Source: Coleofasciculus chthonoplastes F2-STO-03
Lineage (GTDB): Bacteria > Cyanobacteriota > Cyanobacteriia > Cyanobacteriales > Coleofasciculaceae
NCBI GenBank assembly: GCA_040222015.1
Contig: JAVJWO010000020.1
Span: 1-49,261, forward strand
Direction: 5' to 3'
Length of the DNA stretch: 49,261 nt
Position 1 is the stretch's first letter, and the number at the start of each line of letters is the position of its first letter. A program made the position numbers and the translations under genes. The notes under the pieces were generated by a model. The model searched no databases, was not told where the DNA came from, and worked only from the letters and a program-made list of their open reading frames with translations. Of the stretch, positions 1 through 9,494 are shown piece by piece.

Positions 1-140
1 TGATAGAAGCATAACACAAGTTGATTAACACTCGCAACTAAAGTTGCTAGACTGAACGCATCGCGGCAATTGAGCTTGTCGAAATTCGGTTTCATCCCTC
101 GGATGAATCGCGAGGGCTTTCACCATCGCTAATTCTGTAA
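1..140 (-). mobile_element. Left end of an IS200/IS605-family element that extends out of the window to the left
   Basis: The minus strand reads TTAC (137-140), then AAAG 17-20 nt inside, then the hairpin CCCTCGCGATTCATCCGAGGG. This matches the IS608-type left-end layout (target TTAC, guide AAAG, subterminal hairpin). No transposase is visible in the window. Confidence 0.65.
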
Positions 141-172
141 AATAAACGGTTATGCTCCTTCCTACATAGCCC

Positions 173-200
173 CCTCAGGCAATATCTGAGGTTTTTTTTT
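173..200 (+). terminator. Rho-independent terminator
   Basis: CCTCAG-gcaatat-CTGAGG followed by T9. Confidence 0.75.
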
Positions 201-274
201 GCTTTTCACCTTTTTTTCACAATTGTTCGATAGGTTTAATCATAGTTGTTACCCTGATGTGGAAGTGATTACCC

Positions 275-307
275 ACCCCCTGCTAAAATAGCGGGGGTAT
301 TTTTTTG
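275..307 (+). terminator. Rho-independent terminator
   Basis: ACCCCC(T)GCTA-aaa-TAGCGGGGGT followed by a T run. Confidence 0.75.
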
Positions 308-418
308 TCTATTTTTTTGTCCATGTTGGTCGATGTGCCGATCATCAGCTTCATATCTTGATTTACACTCTTTACAGGGAAAAACCAATGACCGATGACC
401 AATGACGAAGGACAATTC

Positions 419-1303
419 ATGAGTTCAACACTTCAGCGTCAAATTCAGCAGTTTTACGACGCCTCCTCTGGACTGTGGGAACAGATTTGGGGCGAACACA
501 TGCACCATGGTTATTATGGTCCGCTGGGTCGTGAGAAAAAAGGTCGGCGTCAGGCGCAGATTGATTTAATTGAGGAATTGCTAAGTTGGGGTGACGTGCA
601 GCACGCCGAGACTATTTTGGATGTGGGGTGTGGGATTGGCGGAAGTTCTTTGGACTTAGCCCAACGGTTTGGGGCGCAGGTACAAGGGATTACCTTGAGT
701 CCCGTCCAAGCGGCGAGAGCAACAGAACGGGCAAAAGAGGCGGGGTTAGAGGCTGAGGTGGCATTTCAGGTGGCTGATGCCTTGGATATGCCGTTTGCGG
801 ATAACCATTTTGATTTTATCTGGTCGTTAGAAAGTGGGGAACATCTACCCGATAAGCAGAAATTTATGGCAGAATGCTACCGGGTTCTGAAACCGGGTGG
901 GACATTTCTGATGGCGACGTGGTGTCATCGTCCGATTACGCCAGCCACGGGAGACTTGACGGTGGATGAAAAGCAGCATTTAGAGCAAATTTACCAGGTT
1001 TACTGTTTACCTTACGTGATTTCATTGCCAGAGTACGCTGCAATTGCCCGTGAGTTATCTTTTGCGGATATTCGCACCGATGATTGGTCAGATGCAGTCG
1101 CACCGTTTTGGGATATTGTCATTGATTCAGCCTTTGAACCGCAAGCGTTAATCGGTTTACTCAGAAGTGGTTGGGGTACAGTGCAAGCGGCGCTATCGTT
1201 AGGGTTAATGAGTCGGGGGTATCGGCGGGGTTTGATTCGGTTTGGTGTACTCTCTGCTCAGAAACCGTCAGCTATAACATCTCCTCTCATCGCTGCATCA
1301 TAG
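419..1303 (+). CDS. SAM-dependent methyltransferase, gamma-tocopherol methyltransferase type
   Basis: Motifs FYDASSGLWEQIWGEHMHHGYY, ILDVGCGIGGS and WSLESGEH. Start placed at ATG 419 because the upstream part of the ORF is heptamer repeat. Confidence 0.85.
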   Translation: MSSTLQRQIQQFYDASSGLWEQIWGEHMHHGYYGPLGREKKGRRQAQIDLIEELLSWGDVQHAETILDVGCGIGGSSLDLAQRFGAQVQGITLSPVQAARATERAKEAGLEAEVAFQVADALDMPFADNHFDFIWSLESGEHLPDKQKFMAECYRVLKPGGTFLMATWCHRPITPATGDLTVDEKQHLEQIYQVYCLPYVISLPEYAAIARELSFADIRTDDWSDAVAPFWDIVIDSAFEPQALIGLLRSGWGTVQAALSLGLMSRGYRRGLIRFGVLSAQKPSAITSPLIAAS

Positions 1304-1358
1304 ATTACAGCGAGAGCCTCCTTGCGAGAAAAGGTGAAATTATGTTTACAGGGTGGGT

Positions 1359-1802
1359 TCAACGGTGATGGTGATACGCCCCTATTTCGGGTTGAAAGGG
1401 AGCGATTTCTGGCTTCACATCCACGCCTAACTGATTCAGCATCGCCTGTAAAACGGAGTCAGGTGATAAGCGTAAATAGTGGGGAGTGACTTCCAAGGGG
1501 ACGTGGCGATTACCAAGGTGATAGGCGGCTCGCAGTAAATTTAGAGGATGGGGGGACGTAACGGTTAAAACGGGTTCGGGTTTCGCCGCAATCTGCACCA
1601 CTATCTCTCCTGTCTCAGATTGGAGTAAATCCCCATCATTGAGAATCATCCCTCTCGGTAAACGCAGATACAAACCCTGACCCTCTGGGGTTTCAAATTC
1701 AAAGCGGTAGCGTGTCCGGGTGCGTTCCTCGGCGGTGAGGGAAAGTGTAAAATTAGCGGAGAGTTCTGTCGCTGAGTTCAAGCGTTGCGTCAACGTCAGC
1801 AT
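1359..1802 (-). CDS. ureE: Urease accessory protein UreE
   Basis: Motifs [13 protein letters not shown] and [12 protein letters not shown]. Confidence 0.92.
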   Translation of the reverse strand: MLTLTQRLNSATELSANFTLSLTAEERTRTRYRFEFETPEGQGLYLRLPRGMILNDGDLLQSETGEIVVQIAAKPEPVLTVTSPHPLNLLRAAYHLGNRHVPLEVTPHYLRLSPDSVLQAMLNQLGVDVKPEIAPFQPEIGAYHHHR

Positions 1803-1832
1803 AAATTGCTCAATTTGTCAAGCTAAAGTGAC

Positions 1833-2297
1833 CTAAAGTGACCGTTGCAGCCGAATCAGTTCATTCTGAATTTGCCGTTGTAAATTCATGTCGCTGATGA
1901 CGGTAGCTGTAATGGCGTTAAATTGAGCCATGTTGAACCCATAACTTTCGCCAATTTCTTTGGCTTTATTGCAGTAGTTGACGGCAATCCCTTGGACATC
2001 AGAGGGGAGTTCTTGGAGGGAATCGGGTTGGGTACAGATGATATTAGGAATGGGCTCTTGATTCATCTGTTGCTGAATTTCACTGAAGGCTGTCTGACGG
2101 CTATTTTCAATCGCCATAATTGCCTTAGCGTAATTGTTGATTTCCTCTTCGGTGATGTTTTCGGCTGGTAGGGGAGAAATAGGGGGATTTGCCTCAGGAG
2201 TGGAGTTAGAGGCACATCCAGAGAGAATGAGGGCGAGTGCAGTGATACAACTCGTCCAGGGAAATCTCAACGTTCGCGATCGCGCCTGTATGGGCAT
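1833..2297 (-). CDS. DUF4168-like putative lipoprotein
   Basis: Lipobox-like ILSGC and the pattern EINNYAKA...NYCN...FNAIT. Paralogous to the next gene. Confidence 0.7.
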   Translation of the reverse strand: MPIQARSRTLRFPWTSCITALALILSGCASNSTPEANPPISPLPAENITEEEINNYAKAIMAIENSRQTAFSEIQQQMNQEPIPNIICTQPDSLQELPSDVQGIAVNYCNKAKEIGESYGFNMAQFNAITATVISDMNLQRQIQNELIRLQRSL

Positions 2298-2442
2298 GGA
2301 ATCCGATTCAAGTAGCAACGGCAAAGTGTAGCTCTATTTTGACAGGTTTTGACCGTTTGGAATTCAGGAACTTAGTAAAACTCAGGGTTCTTGCTTATAT
2401 TAGCGAGTTCCTTACCGAGTGGTATTGTACCACAAGAGGGGC

Positions 2443-2931
2443 TTATCGTTGGCTGGATTCTTGCTGTGTTTGTAATGCATCTTGAATCCGCTGTCGTAAA
2501 TTACTATCTTTTTCTGCCAGACGTGTAATTTGATTGAATCGGGAGGGAGTTAAATAATTATTCACCAGCGCTAACGCTTGGTTACAATAAGTATTGGCAA
2601 TTTTTTGCGCCTCCTGAGACGGCAGTTGATTGATGGTTTCTGAGCGATGACACTGGATATCAGGAATGTTGCCATTTACAATTTTTTTAATTTCGTTATA
2701 GGCAACTTGGCGCAAGGGTTCCATGGCTAAAACGGCTCTAGCATAGTTGGTAACCTCCACATCGGTAACCGCTTGTTGAGCATAGACAGCACGGCTGAAG
2801 TCCAAACTTAGAGACTGTCGCGAAAGTTCGGGAATGAACCCAGACAGTAAACCTAAGCTGGTTAGTGCAGCTACAATAAGTGGACGAGAGAAACGAGTCA
2901 AATTAGGGTGATTACAGTAAGACGTGATCAT
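2443..2931 (-). CDS. DUF4168-like exported protein
   Basis: Signal-peptide-like N-terminus and the pattern EVTNYARAVLAME...YCN...RFNQIT. Confidence 0.7.
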   Translation of the reverse strand: MITSYCNHPNLTRFSRPLIVAALTSLGLLSGFIPELSRQSLSLDFSRAVYAQQAVTDVEVTNYARAVLAMEPLRQVAYNEIKKIVNGNIPDIQCHRSETINQLPSQEAQKIANTYCNQALALVNNYLTPSRFNQITRLAEKDSNLRQRIQDALQTQQESSQR

Positions 2932-3016
2932 GAGGATCGCAAATACCTAAACAGTACACAACAAAACCCAGAGTGGGCTTGTTTTTCCTGAACTATTTTA
3001 GGGGATAGAAGTTCCG

Positions 3017-3090
3017 CTGTCGGGTGTTGGGTGTGGGGTGTCGGGTGTCGGGAAGCTGGGGAAGCTGGGGAAGCTGGGGAAGCAGAGGGA
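3017..3090 (+). repeat. Short tandem repeats (GGTGTCG-type heptamers, then GGGAAGCTG nonamers)
   Basis: Directly visible degenerate tandem units. Similar heptamers occur at ~48317-48340. Confidence 0.8.
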
Positions 3091-3270
3091 GAGTAGGGGA
3101 GGGTTTAGGGACTAATATTCCTAGCTTGGCGGCAAAACCCGCCCTGTGTGTAGGGGCGGGTTTGACCCTTAACGTTTGGTTTTCACCCTGATATTACTAA
3201 ACCCACCTCTATTAGAGTGCAAGTCATCTTCAACATAAGACGTAGCTTGTTTCTTTTCGGGAAGCGAGTA

Positions 3271-3347
3271 TGACAAATGACAAATGACAAATGACAAATG
3301 ACAAATGACAAATGACAAATGACAAATGACAAATGACAAATGACAAA
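3271..3347 (+). repeat. Perfect heptamer tandem repeat (TGACAAA)x11, STRR-like
   Basis: Counted 11 exact copies abutting the holA stop codon. Confidence 0.95.
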
Positions 3348-4328
3348 TTAACGACAAATTTGACACAGTTTAATCACTTGAGTTTGCAGAGTTGAGAGTC
3401 CGTCAGCACCCCGTTTTAGGCTAACCTCTAACTCTAATAAAACTCGTAACGTTGCCATTAATTGACCCAGGCTGAGGTGCTGCACATCTTTCTTCAGAAA
3501 GTAAATACGCTTAGGGTTACCAACTTCGGCGGCGTTAGCAATAACTTTTATATCCTTTTCTCCCTCACTCATCATTAGCTTCACCCATAACCAAGTGCGA
3601 AATTGTCCCACAAGGGTAGCGACAATTCGTAATGGGTGTTCGTTGTTGTTGATTAAGTCAGCAATCAATCCTAATGCTTTAGTTGTATCGCCTTTGAGAA
3701 TAGTCCCGGCTAATTGTAGGCTATTGTGAGTTGTGGTGGTGACTAATGCAGAAACAGCGCGTTCATCTAAGCTAGTTGTCTCATCGCCAGCGTAAAGGCG
3801 TAATTTGTCGAGTTCGTTGGCAAGTTGACGGGTATTATTACCCACTGCATCAGCGAGGAGTTCAGCCGCTAGGGGGGTGAGTTTAACACCTGTCGTTTGG
3901 GCGTAGGATTTAACCTGTTGGACTAATTCCTCGGTTTTCCAGGGGGGAATTAGGGGAAATTCTTTGATTTTGGCGTGTTTTTGCAGCAGTTTGGTGGATT
4001 TGAGTCGCCCATCGGGTCGATGATGACTGGTGAGGAGTAATATAGATTCTGGTGGAATGGCGGGGAGAGTTCGTCCAAGTTCAGCGAGAACATTTTCGGA
4101 ACAGGTTTGGCAAACGGTGGTATCAACGAGCCAGACTAATCGCCCTCCCATCCCAAATGGGGGAGTCATCGCCTGATTGAGTCCCTGAATCACGGCGTCG
4201 GGTTGGTCTGGGGGAATTCTATCATAGTTAAAACTCAGCCAGTTGGGGTCGAGGACGGACTGGCGTAGTTCGTTGATGGCTTGGGTAAGGGCGAAGTCAT
4301 TGTCTCCCCAATAAAGATAAATTGGCAT
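3348..4328 (-). CDS. holA: DNA polymerase III delta subunit
   Basis: Start MPIYLYWG; motifs QAMTPPFGMGGRLV, PDGRLKSTK, NELDKLRLY and PLRIVATL. Confidence 0.9.
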   Translation of the reverse strand: MPIYLYWGDNDFALTQAINELRQSVLDPNWLSFNYDRIPPDQPDAVIQGLNQAMTPPFGMGGRLVWLVDTTVCQTCSENVLAELGRTLPAIPPESILLLTSHHRPDGRLKSTKLLQKHAKIKEFPLIPPWKTEELVQQVKSYAQTTGVKLTPLAAELLADAVGNNTRQLANELDKLRLYAGDETTSLDERAVSALVTTTTHNSLQLAGTILKGDTTKALGLIADLINNNEHPLRIVATLVGQFRTWLWVKLMMSEGEKDIKVIANAAEVGNPKRIYFLKKDVQHLSLGQLMATLRVLLELEVSLKRGADGLSTLQTQVIKLCQICR

Positions 4329-4361
4329 AAGGACGTTTAGCGCATTCGGAGGAAATGAAAC

Positions 4362-5150
4362 GTGGATGATACCTATCCAACTTATATTAATCGGGTGGTG
4401 AGGATGACTGTACTCGATAGTTATCACTCTCAGTTACCCAATATCCAGGAGTCACCGAAGTTTGAGCATCTGGCTGATGGCACAACCAAGGCGGTTAATT
4501 TTCCAGGATACACGGTGATGACGCCACCCTGGGAGGATGAGTCGGAGAATCAGGCGTTTTACGGGAGTTTGCAAGAGTTACAAACAATATTAGAAGGGGA
4601 ATTTAAGTCGAGTTTAATGATATCGCTTCCGCCTGAGAGTTTTCACTTAACGCTGGCGGATTTAATTTGGGAGAATAATTATCGGGATGCGGTGCGGGAT
4701 AATCTAGAGTTTGAGCCGCAACTTCAGGGACGCATTCGGGAGAGTTTTGGGCAATATCAGGAGTTGTATAGGAGTTCTTATCCTATATATTGGCAGTTTT
4801 TTGGCGTGATTGTTATGCCGCGTGCGATTGGGGTTTGTTTGGTGCCAAAAGATCAGGAGTCTTATCAACGAGTGGTTGAGTTCCGGCGCTGTCTTTATCA
4901 AAATTCGGGGTTAATTGGTTTGGGGGTTGAGCAGCAGTATCATTTTACGGCGCATATTACGTTGGGATATTTCGGGGAAATTCCAGCACAGCTTGAGCGC
5001 GATCGCACCAGTAGTATGTTATCGGATTTGAATGAGCAATGGTTGGGGAAGGAGGATAATTCGTTTGGGGTGAAGCGGGCTGAGTTGCGGAAGTTTGATA
5101 ATATGACTCATTTCTATCGCGAATCGGATTTTCCTGTTGTTGAGTTTTGA
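4362..5150 (+). CDS. DUF1868 / 2H-phosphoesterase family protein
   Basis: Two HxT motifs (FHLTL, AHITL) and FPGYTV. Confidence 0.75.
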   Translation: MDDTYPTYINRVVRMTVLDSYHSQLPNIQESPKFEHLADGTTKAVNFPGYTVMTPPWEDESENQAFYGSLQELQTILEGEFKSSLMISLPPESFHLTLADLIWENNYRDAVRDNLEFEPQLQGRIRESFGQYQELYRSSYPIYWQFFGVIVMPRAIGVCLVPKDQESYQRVVEFRRCLYQNSGLIGLGVEQQYHFTAHITLGYFGEIPAQLERDRTSSMLSDLNEQWLGKEDNSFGVKRAELRKFDNMTHFYRESDFPVVEF

Positions 5151-5344
5151 GTTAGGGTGGGGTGGAGGGGTGGGGAAAAGTTAGCATAGATAATTTTAAA
5201 ACCCGCCCTCTTTTAGGTTTTTGAAGACTGGATTGTTTTGAGTGGTTTGGTCTCAGGATTGAATCGTTTTAACGCAGAGGAACGCAGAGGTAAGCGCAGA
5301 GGTTCGCAGAGGGGTGGGCGTTAGTGTGAGTGGGAGATGGTAGG

Positions 5345-7321
5345 ATGTTTCTGGCTAAGTTTCGATTGTATAATTATAAGTCGTTTCGGGATTCGGGTTG
5401 GTTGGAGTTTTCGCCCGGTATCAATATTATTGTGGGACAGAATAATTCAGGTAAGACGGCGCTGTTGGAGGCACTGACGCTGAATTTTGAGAATGTGCCG
5501 CATCGGAGTTTGAGAACCTTACCCAATTCAGATTCACGATTAGATGATGAATCAAGGGCAGAAATTATAGTAATTTTATCCAAGGCGGAATTTATTGATT
5601 TTATAAATAAATTACCTGATCATTCCTTTGGGATATTGCCGCACGCTGATAAAGCTATATCATCAAATCAGGAAGTAAATAGATTTATTGATCTATTTCA
5701 GGAATGGCTAGATAACCCTAAAGATGTCAAGATCGAAATTTTACTGTCGAAACAATTAAATAACACCAAAATAGTTGCAAACATTAATCGCTTAAACAAT
5801 AACATTAAACCGTATTTTATTCTAAATAAAGAAAAAAGTTTTGTAAGAAAGCGTGCTTTTAATTTTTTGTGTATTGAAGTGTCATTAAATCGCAGAATAC
5901 AATTGGGCAAAGAGGTAACAATTGAGGGACATAAAGAGTATATATCTAGCACAATATTTGATAATTTCAAAAATTATATTTATCGTTTTAATGCTGAACG
6001 TTTAAATATTTATAGCTGTACGGCTGGAAGTAATCGTAAACTGGAACCCAATGCATCTAATCTCGCTGAAGTTCTCAGTATATTGCAATTACCAGGAAGT
6101 AAGAAAATATTTGAAGAGTTTAATCAATATGTTTCACATATTTTTCCAGACATTCATTTAATTTCTGTTCGACCTAAAGGTAATCGCGAAATATATCAAC
6201 TTACATCTTCTACAATAGAAATTTTAGTATGGTCAAAAGATGCTGTTGAAAATGATAGAGAAGACCTAGCATTTCCCCTTTCAGCTTGTGGGACTGGAAT
6301 CGGTCAAGTATTGGCAATTCTCTACGTCGTTCTTACCTCCCAAGAACCGCGAACTATCATTATCGATGAACCCCAATCCTTCCTACATCCGGGTGCAGCC
6401 AAGAAACTAATCGAGATTCTCAAAGAGTTTCCGCAGCATCAATATTTTATCGCTACTCACTCACCTAGAATTATAGCGGCGGCGAATCCTTCTACTATTG
6501 TGAAGCTGCGATATGAGGATGGGGAAAGCAAAGCCGAGGTGATGAATCTGAACGATATTAAGGAACAGCGTTCTCTATTAACTGACTTAGGCGTTAGATT
6601 ATCCGATATTTTCGGGATGGATAATATTCTCTGGGTGGAAGGAGAAACGGAGGAAGACTGTTTTCCTCTGATTCTAGAGAAATTAGCGAAAACATCTTCT
6701 GTAAGAGGACTGCAAATTCTCAGAGTTAGAAAAGTTGGAGATTTTCAGCAGAAATCCACTAAAGCGGCTGAAAATATATTTTACATCTATGATCGCCTGA
6801 GTAGTCGGATCAGTTTATTTCCGGATCAGATGCGGTTTGTATTTGATCGAGAGAATAAGTCAAATGAGGAAATTGACAAGCTGGAAAGGGAACGTCCTAA
6901 TTTGTTCTTTCTCCCTCGCTGTATGTATGAAAATTATCTGCTGCATCCACAAGCAATCACTACTATTATCAATGATGAGTATGAAGAATATCTTCCACCG
7001 GAAGAAGTTGATACAGTCAAAGTCTCTGAGGCGGATGTTGAGCAAAAAATTGCTGATAAGAAACGTCACAAGCGTTACTTTGACTCGAAAGAGTTTCAGG
7101 AAGACAAGCTAAAGGATTTAGACTGGGTTAACCAGAATATTAATGCAGCAAAGCTGCTCAAGGATTTGTTTTCGGAGTTATCTGAAAAACGAATAGAATT
7201 TCGGAAAACTCGGCATTCTCTCAAGCTGACAGAATGGTTACTGGAACACGAACCTGAACAAATGACTGAACTTGCTGAGTTTTTACAGGGGGTGATTGAA
7301 GGGAATAGTGTTCAGGATTAA
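5345..7321 (+). CDS. ABC-type ATPase fused to a TOPRIM domain (OLD-family-like ATP-dependent nuclease)
   Basis: Walker A GQNNSGKT, signature-like CGTG, Walker B IIIDEP, H-loop ATHS, and TOPRIM motifs WVEGETE, FDRE and MYENYL. Confidence 0.75.
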   Translation: MFLAKFRLYNYKSFRDSGWLEFSPGINIIVGQNNSGKTALLEALTLNFENVPHRSLRTLPNSDSRLDDESRAEIIVILSKAEFIDFINKLPDHSFGILPHADKAISSNQEVNRFIDLFQEWLDNPKDVKIEILLSKQLNNTKIVANINRLNNNIKPYFILNKEKSFVRKRAFNFLCIEVSLNRRIQLGKEVTIEGHKEYISSTIFDNFKNYIYRFNAERLNIYSCTAGSNRKLEPNASNLAEVLSILQLPGSKKIFEEFNQYVSHIFPDIHLISVRPKGNREIYQLTSSTIEILVWSKDAVENDREDLAFPLSACGTGIGQVLAILYVVLTSQEPRTIIIDEPQSFLHPGAAKKLIEILKEFPQHQYFIATHSPRIIAAANPSTIVKLRYEDGESKAEVMNLNDIKEQRSLLTDLGVRLSDIFGMDNILWVEGETEEDCFPLILEKLAKTSSVRGLQILRVRKVGDFQQKSTKAAENIFYIYDRLSSRISLFPDQMRFVFDRENKSNEEIDKLERERPNLFFLPRCMYENYLLHPQAITTIINDEYEEYLPPEEVDTVKVSEADVEQKIADKKRHKRYFDSKEFQEDKLKDLDWVNQNINAAKLLKDLFSELSEKRIEFRKTRHSLKLTEWLLEHEPEQMTELAEFLQGVIEGNSVQD

Positions 7322-7441
7322 ATTTCGGTTGAGTTTGTAGATCAATGTAATGGTGCGTTACGCTACGCTAACACACCCTACGGATTAAGGCTTTTAATTA
7401 GACTATTTAGTTCGCGACTTATTTAGGGAAAATAACGATAG

Positions 7442-8062
7442 ATGATTTCTATGAATCCGCTAAGTCATCCAATTTTAGAGCAAAGTTTCGCTATAATTGA
7501 CCAAGAAATTGGTGAACATAGGTTCACTCCGGATGAATATGCGGTTGTCAGACGGGTGATTCACAGTACCGCTGATTTTGAATTTGCTAAACTGATTTAT
7601 TTTAGTCCAGAGGCAATTGCATCCGGAATTACGGCTATTCAGAATAAAGTCCCGATTATTACTGATGTGGGTATGGTGAAACAGGGAATTAGGGGAATGG
7701 TGAGTAAAACTTTCGGGAATCCGGTAATGGCGGCGGTTGAACAAGCGTCGGTGGCGCTTCCTGGGAAGACGCGCACGGAAACGGGTTTATTGAGCTGTTA
7801 TTGTCAGTTTCCTGAGGCTATTTATGTGTTTGGTAATGCGCCGACTGCACTATTGGCATTATGTGCTGAGTTACAACAATCTTTAGTAAAACCTGCTTTG
7901 GTTATTGGCGCACCTGTGGGATTTATTTCTGTTGTGGAAGCTAAAGATACTTTAGCAAAAATCCCAATTCCCCAAATTCGGATTAATGGACGCAAAGGAG
8001 GTTCCCCTGTCGCGGCGGCGATGCTTAATGCTTTAATTGTCTTAGCCTGGGAAAATTCGTGA
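7442..8062 (+). CDS. cobH: Precorrin-8X / cobalt-precorrin-8 methylmutase
   Basis: Motifs RRVIHSTADF, GNAPTAL, PVGFISV and GRKGGS. Confidence 0.9.
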   Translation: MISMNPLSHPILEQSFAIIDQEIGEHRFTPDEYAVVRRVIHSTADFEFAKLIYFSPEAIASGITAIQNKVPIITDVGMVKQGIRGMVSKTFGNPVMAAVEQASVALPGKTRTETGLLSCYCQFPEAIYVFGNAPTALLALCAELQQSLVKPALVIGAPVGFISVVEAKDTLAKIPIPQIRINGRKGGSPVAAAMLNALIVLAWENS

Positions 8063-8183
8063 ACTTAACTCAACTGTTGCTGAATTAAGTGCTTGTAGTA
8101 AGCGCTTTAGCGCTTCTGGCACTAAAGTGCCTACTACGAACTACATAAAATATTAATAACAAATAATCAATAACAAATAACTA

Positions 8184-9470
8184 ATGACAAATGATATTCA
8201 TGTAGTCGGAATCGGTTTAGATGGCGCAGGGGGACTGACAGAATCCGTGCGACAATTAGTAGAACGGGCGACTCTGTTGGTGGGGAGCGATCGCGTCCTG
8301 AGTTACTTTCCTGAATATCCCTCACGCCGCCTGGTTTTGGGCGATTTGACGCAGGTACTCCGCGAGATTCGTCGCCAGTTGGCTAAGAATGAGCCAAGTT
8401 GCTGTATTATTGTGTTAGTGACTGGTGATCCGTTGTTTTTTGGCTTGGGTCGTTTGCTATTAGCTGAATTGCCACCTGAACATCTCACGTTTCATCCCCA
8501 TGTCAGTGCGGTACAATTAGCTTTTAGTCGGGTGAAAGTCCCTTGGCAAGATGCGGTGACGATTAGTAGTCATGGGCGTTCTTTAGAACGGTTAACCCAA
8601 GCATTACAACAGGGAACCGATAAAATTGCCGTGCTTACGGATAAAATAAATACGCCGAGTGCGATCGCAACTCTATTACGTGATCTGGATTTACCCTGTG
8701 AGTACCAGTTTTGGCTGTGTGAAAACTTAGGTGGAACTGATGAACGGGTGCGGTGTTTGCCTGTGGATGTTGTACACTTAGAAGCGATCGCGCCGCTGAA
8801 TGTGGTGATTCTTCTGCGTCAGTCTGAACCCAGTGATATTCCCCTAGATGTCGCCACTTTACCTATTTTAGGGGTATCGGATCACAGTTTTGCCAGTTTT
8901 CGCGATCGCCCGGGTTTAATGACTAAGCGAGAAATCCGTACTCTGATTCTAGCGGAACTCTCCCTACAACCGGAACAAATTATCTGGGATATTGGTGCAG
9001 GAACGGGTTCCGTCTCCGTTGAAATTGCCCGATTATCGCCGACGTCTCACGTCTATGCGATTGAAAAAACGGCGGTGGGAACGGCTTTAATTGAACAAAA
9101 TTGCCGCCGTTTACAGGTTAGGAATGTTACCTCTATCTATGGTACAGCACCGGATATATTATCTCAACTGCCCACCCCCCAGCGGGTTTTTATTGGCGGA
9201 AGTGGCGGGAATTTAGTGGCGATTTTAGAACGAACCCAGGCACAATTAGGAGATAATGGCATAATCGTGTTAGCCTTAGCCACATTAGAACACCTAAATC
9301 AGGCAGTCAATTGGTTTAGCGATCGCGGTTGGACGTATCGATTATTACAGGTTCAGCTTTCCCGTTCCATCCCCGTCGCCCAACTCACTCGTTTTACCCC
9401 TCTGAATCCGGTGACGATTATTAGAGCCATCCCACCGGATAAAATAGCGGTAGAGAGCATCTTATGGTAG
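8184..9470 (+). CDS. cobL: Bifunctional precorrin-6Y C5,15-methyltransferase (decarboxylating), CbiE/CbiT fusion
   Basis: N-terminal VVGIG and GDPLFFG (CbiE). C-terminal MTKREIR, WDIGAGTGSVS and FIGGSGG (CbiT). Confidence 0.88.
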   Translation: MTNDIHVVGIGLDGAGGLTESVRQLVERATLLVGSDRVLSYFPEYPSRRLVLGDLTQVLREIRRQLAKNEPSCCIIVLVTGDPLFFGLGRLLLAELPPEHLTFHPHVSAVQLAFSRVKVPWQDAVTISSHGRSLERLTQALQQGTDKIAVLTDKINTPSAIATLLRDLDLPCEYQFWLCENLGGTDERVRCLPVDVVHLEAIAPLNVVILLRQSEPSDIPLDVATLPILGVSDHSFASFRDRPGLMTKREIRTLILAELSLQPEQIIWDIGAGTGSVSVEIARLSPTSHVYAIEKTAVGTALIEQNCRRLQVRNVTSIYGTAPDILSQLPTPQRVFIGGSGGNLVAILERTQAQLGDNGIIVLALATLEHLNQAVNWFSDRGWTYRLLQVQLSRSIPVAQLTRFTPLNPVTIIRAIPPDKIAVESILW

Positions 9471-9494
9471 AGACATTGCATTTTAGTCTCTACA

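Noticed and set aside
3169..3366. 65-aa ORF with ICHLSFV repeats
   Set aside because: It is a translation of the TGACAAA heptamer tract.
4329..4427. N-terminal extension of HolA overlapping the divergent DUF1868 gene
   Set aside because: The HolA-like sequence begins at MPIYLYWG (4328).
7322..8183. Cobalamin riboswitch near cobH/cbiET
   Set aside because: No B12-box or conserved GGGAA...GCCACTG core was found. The intergenic DNA is REP and heptamer repeats.
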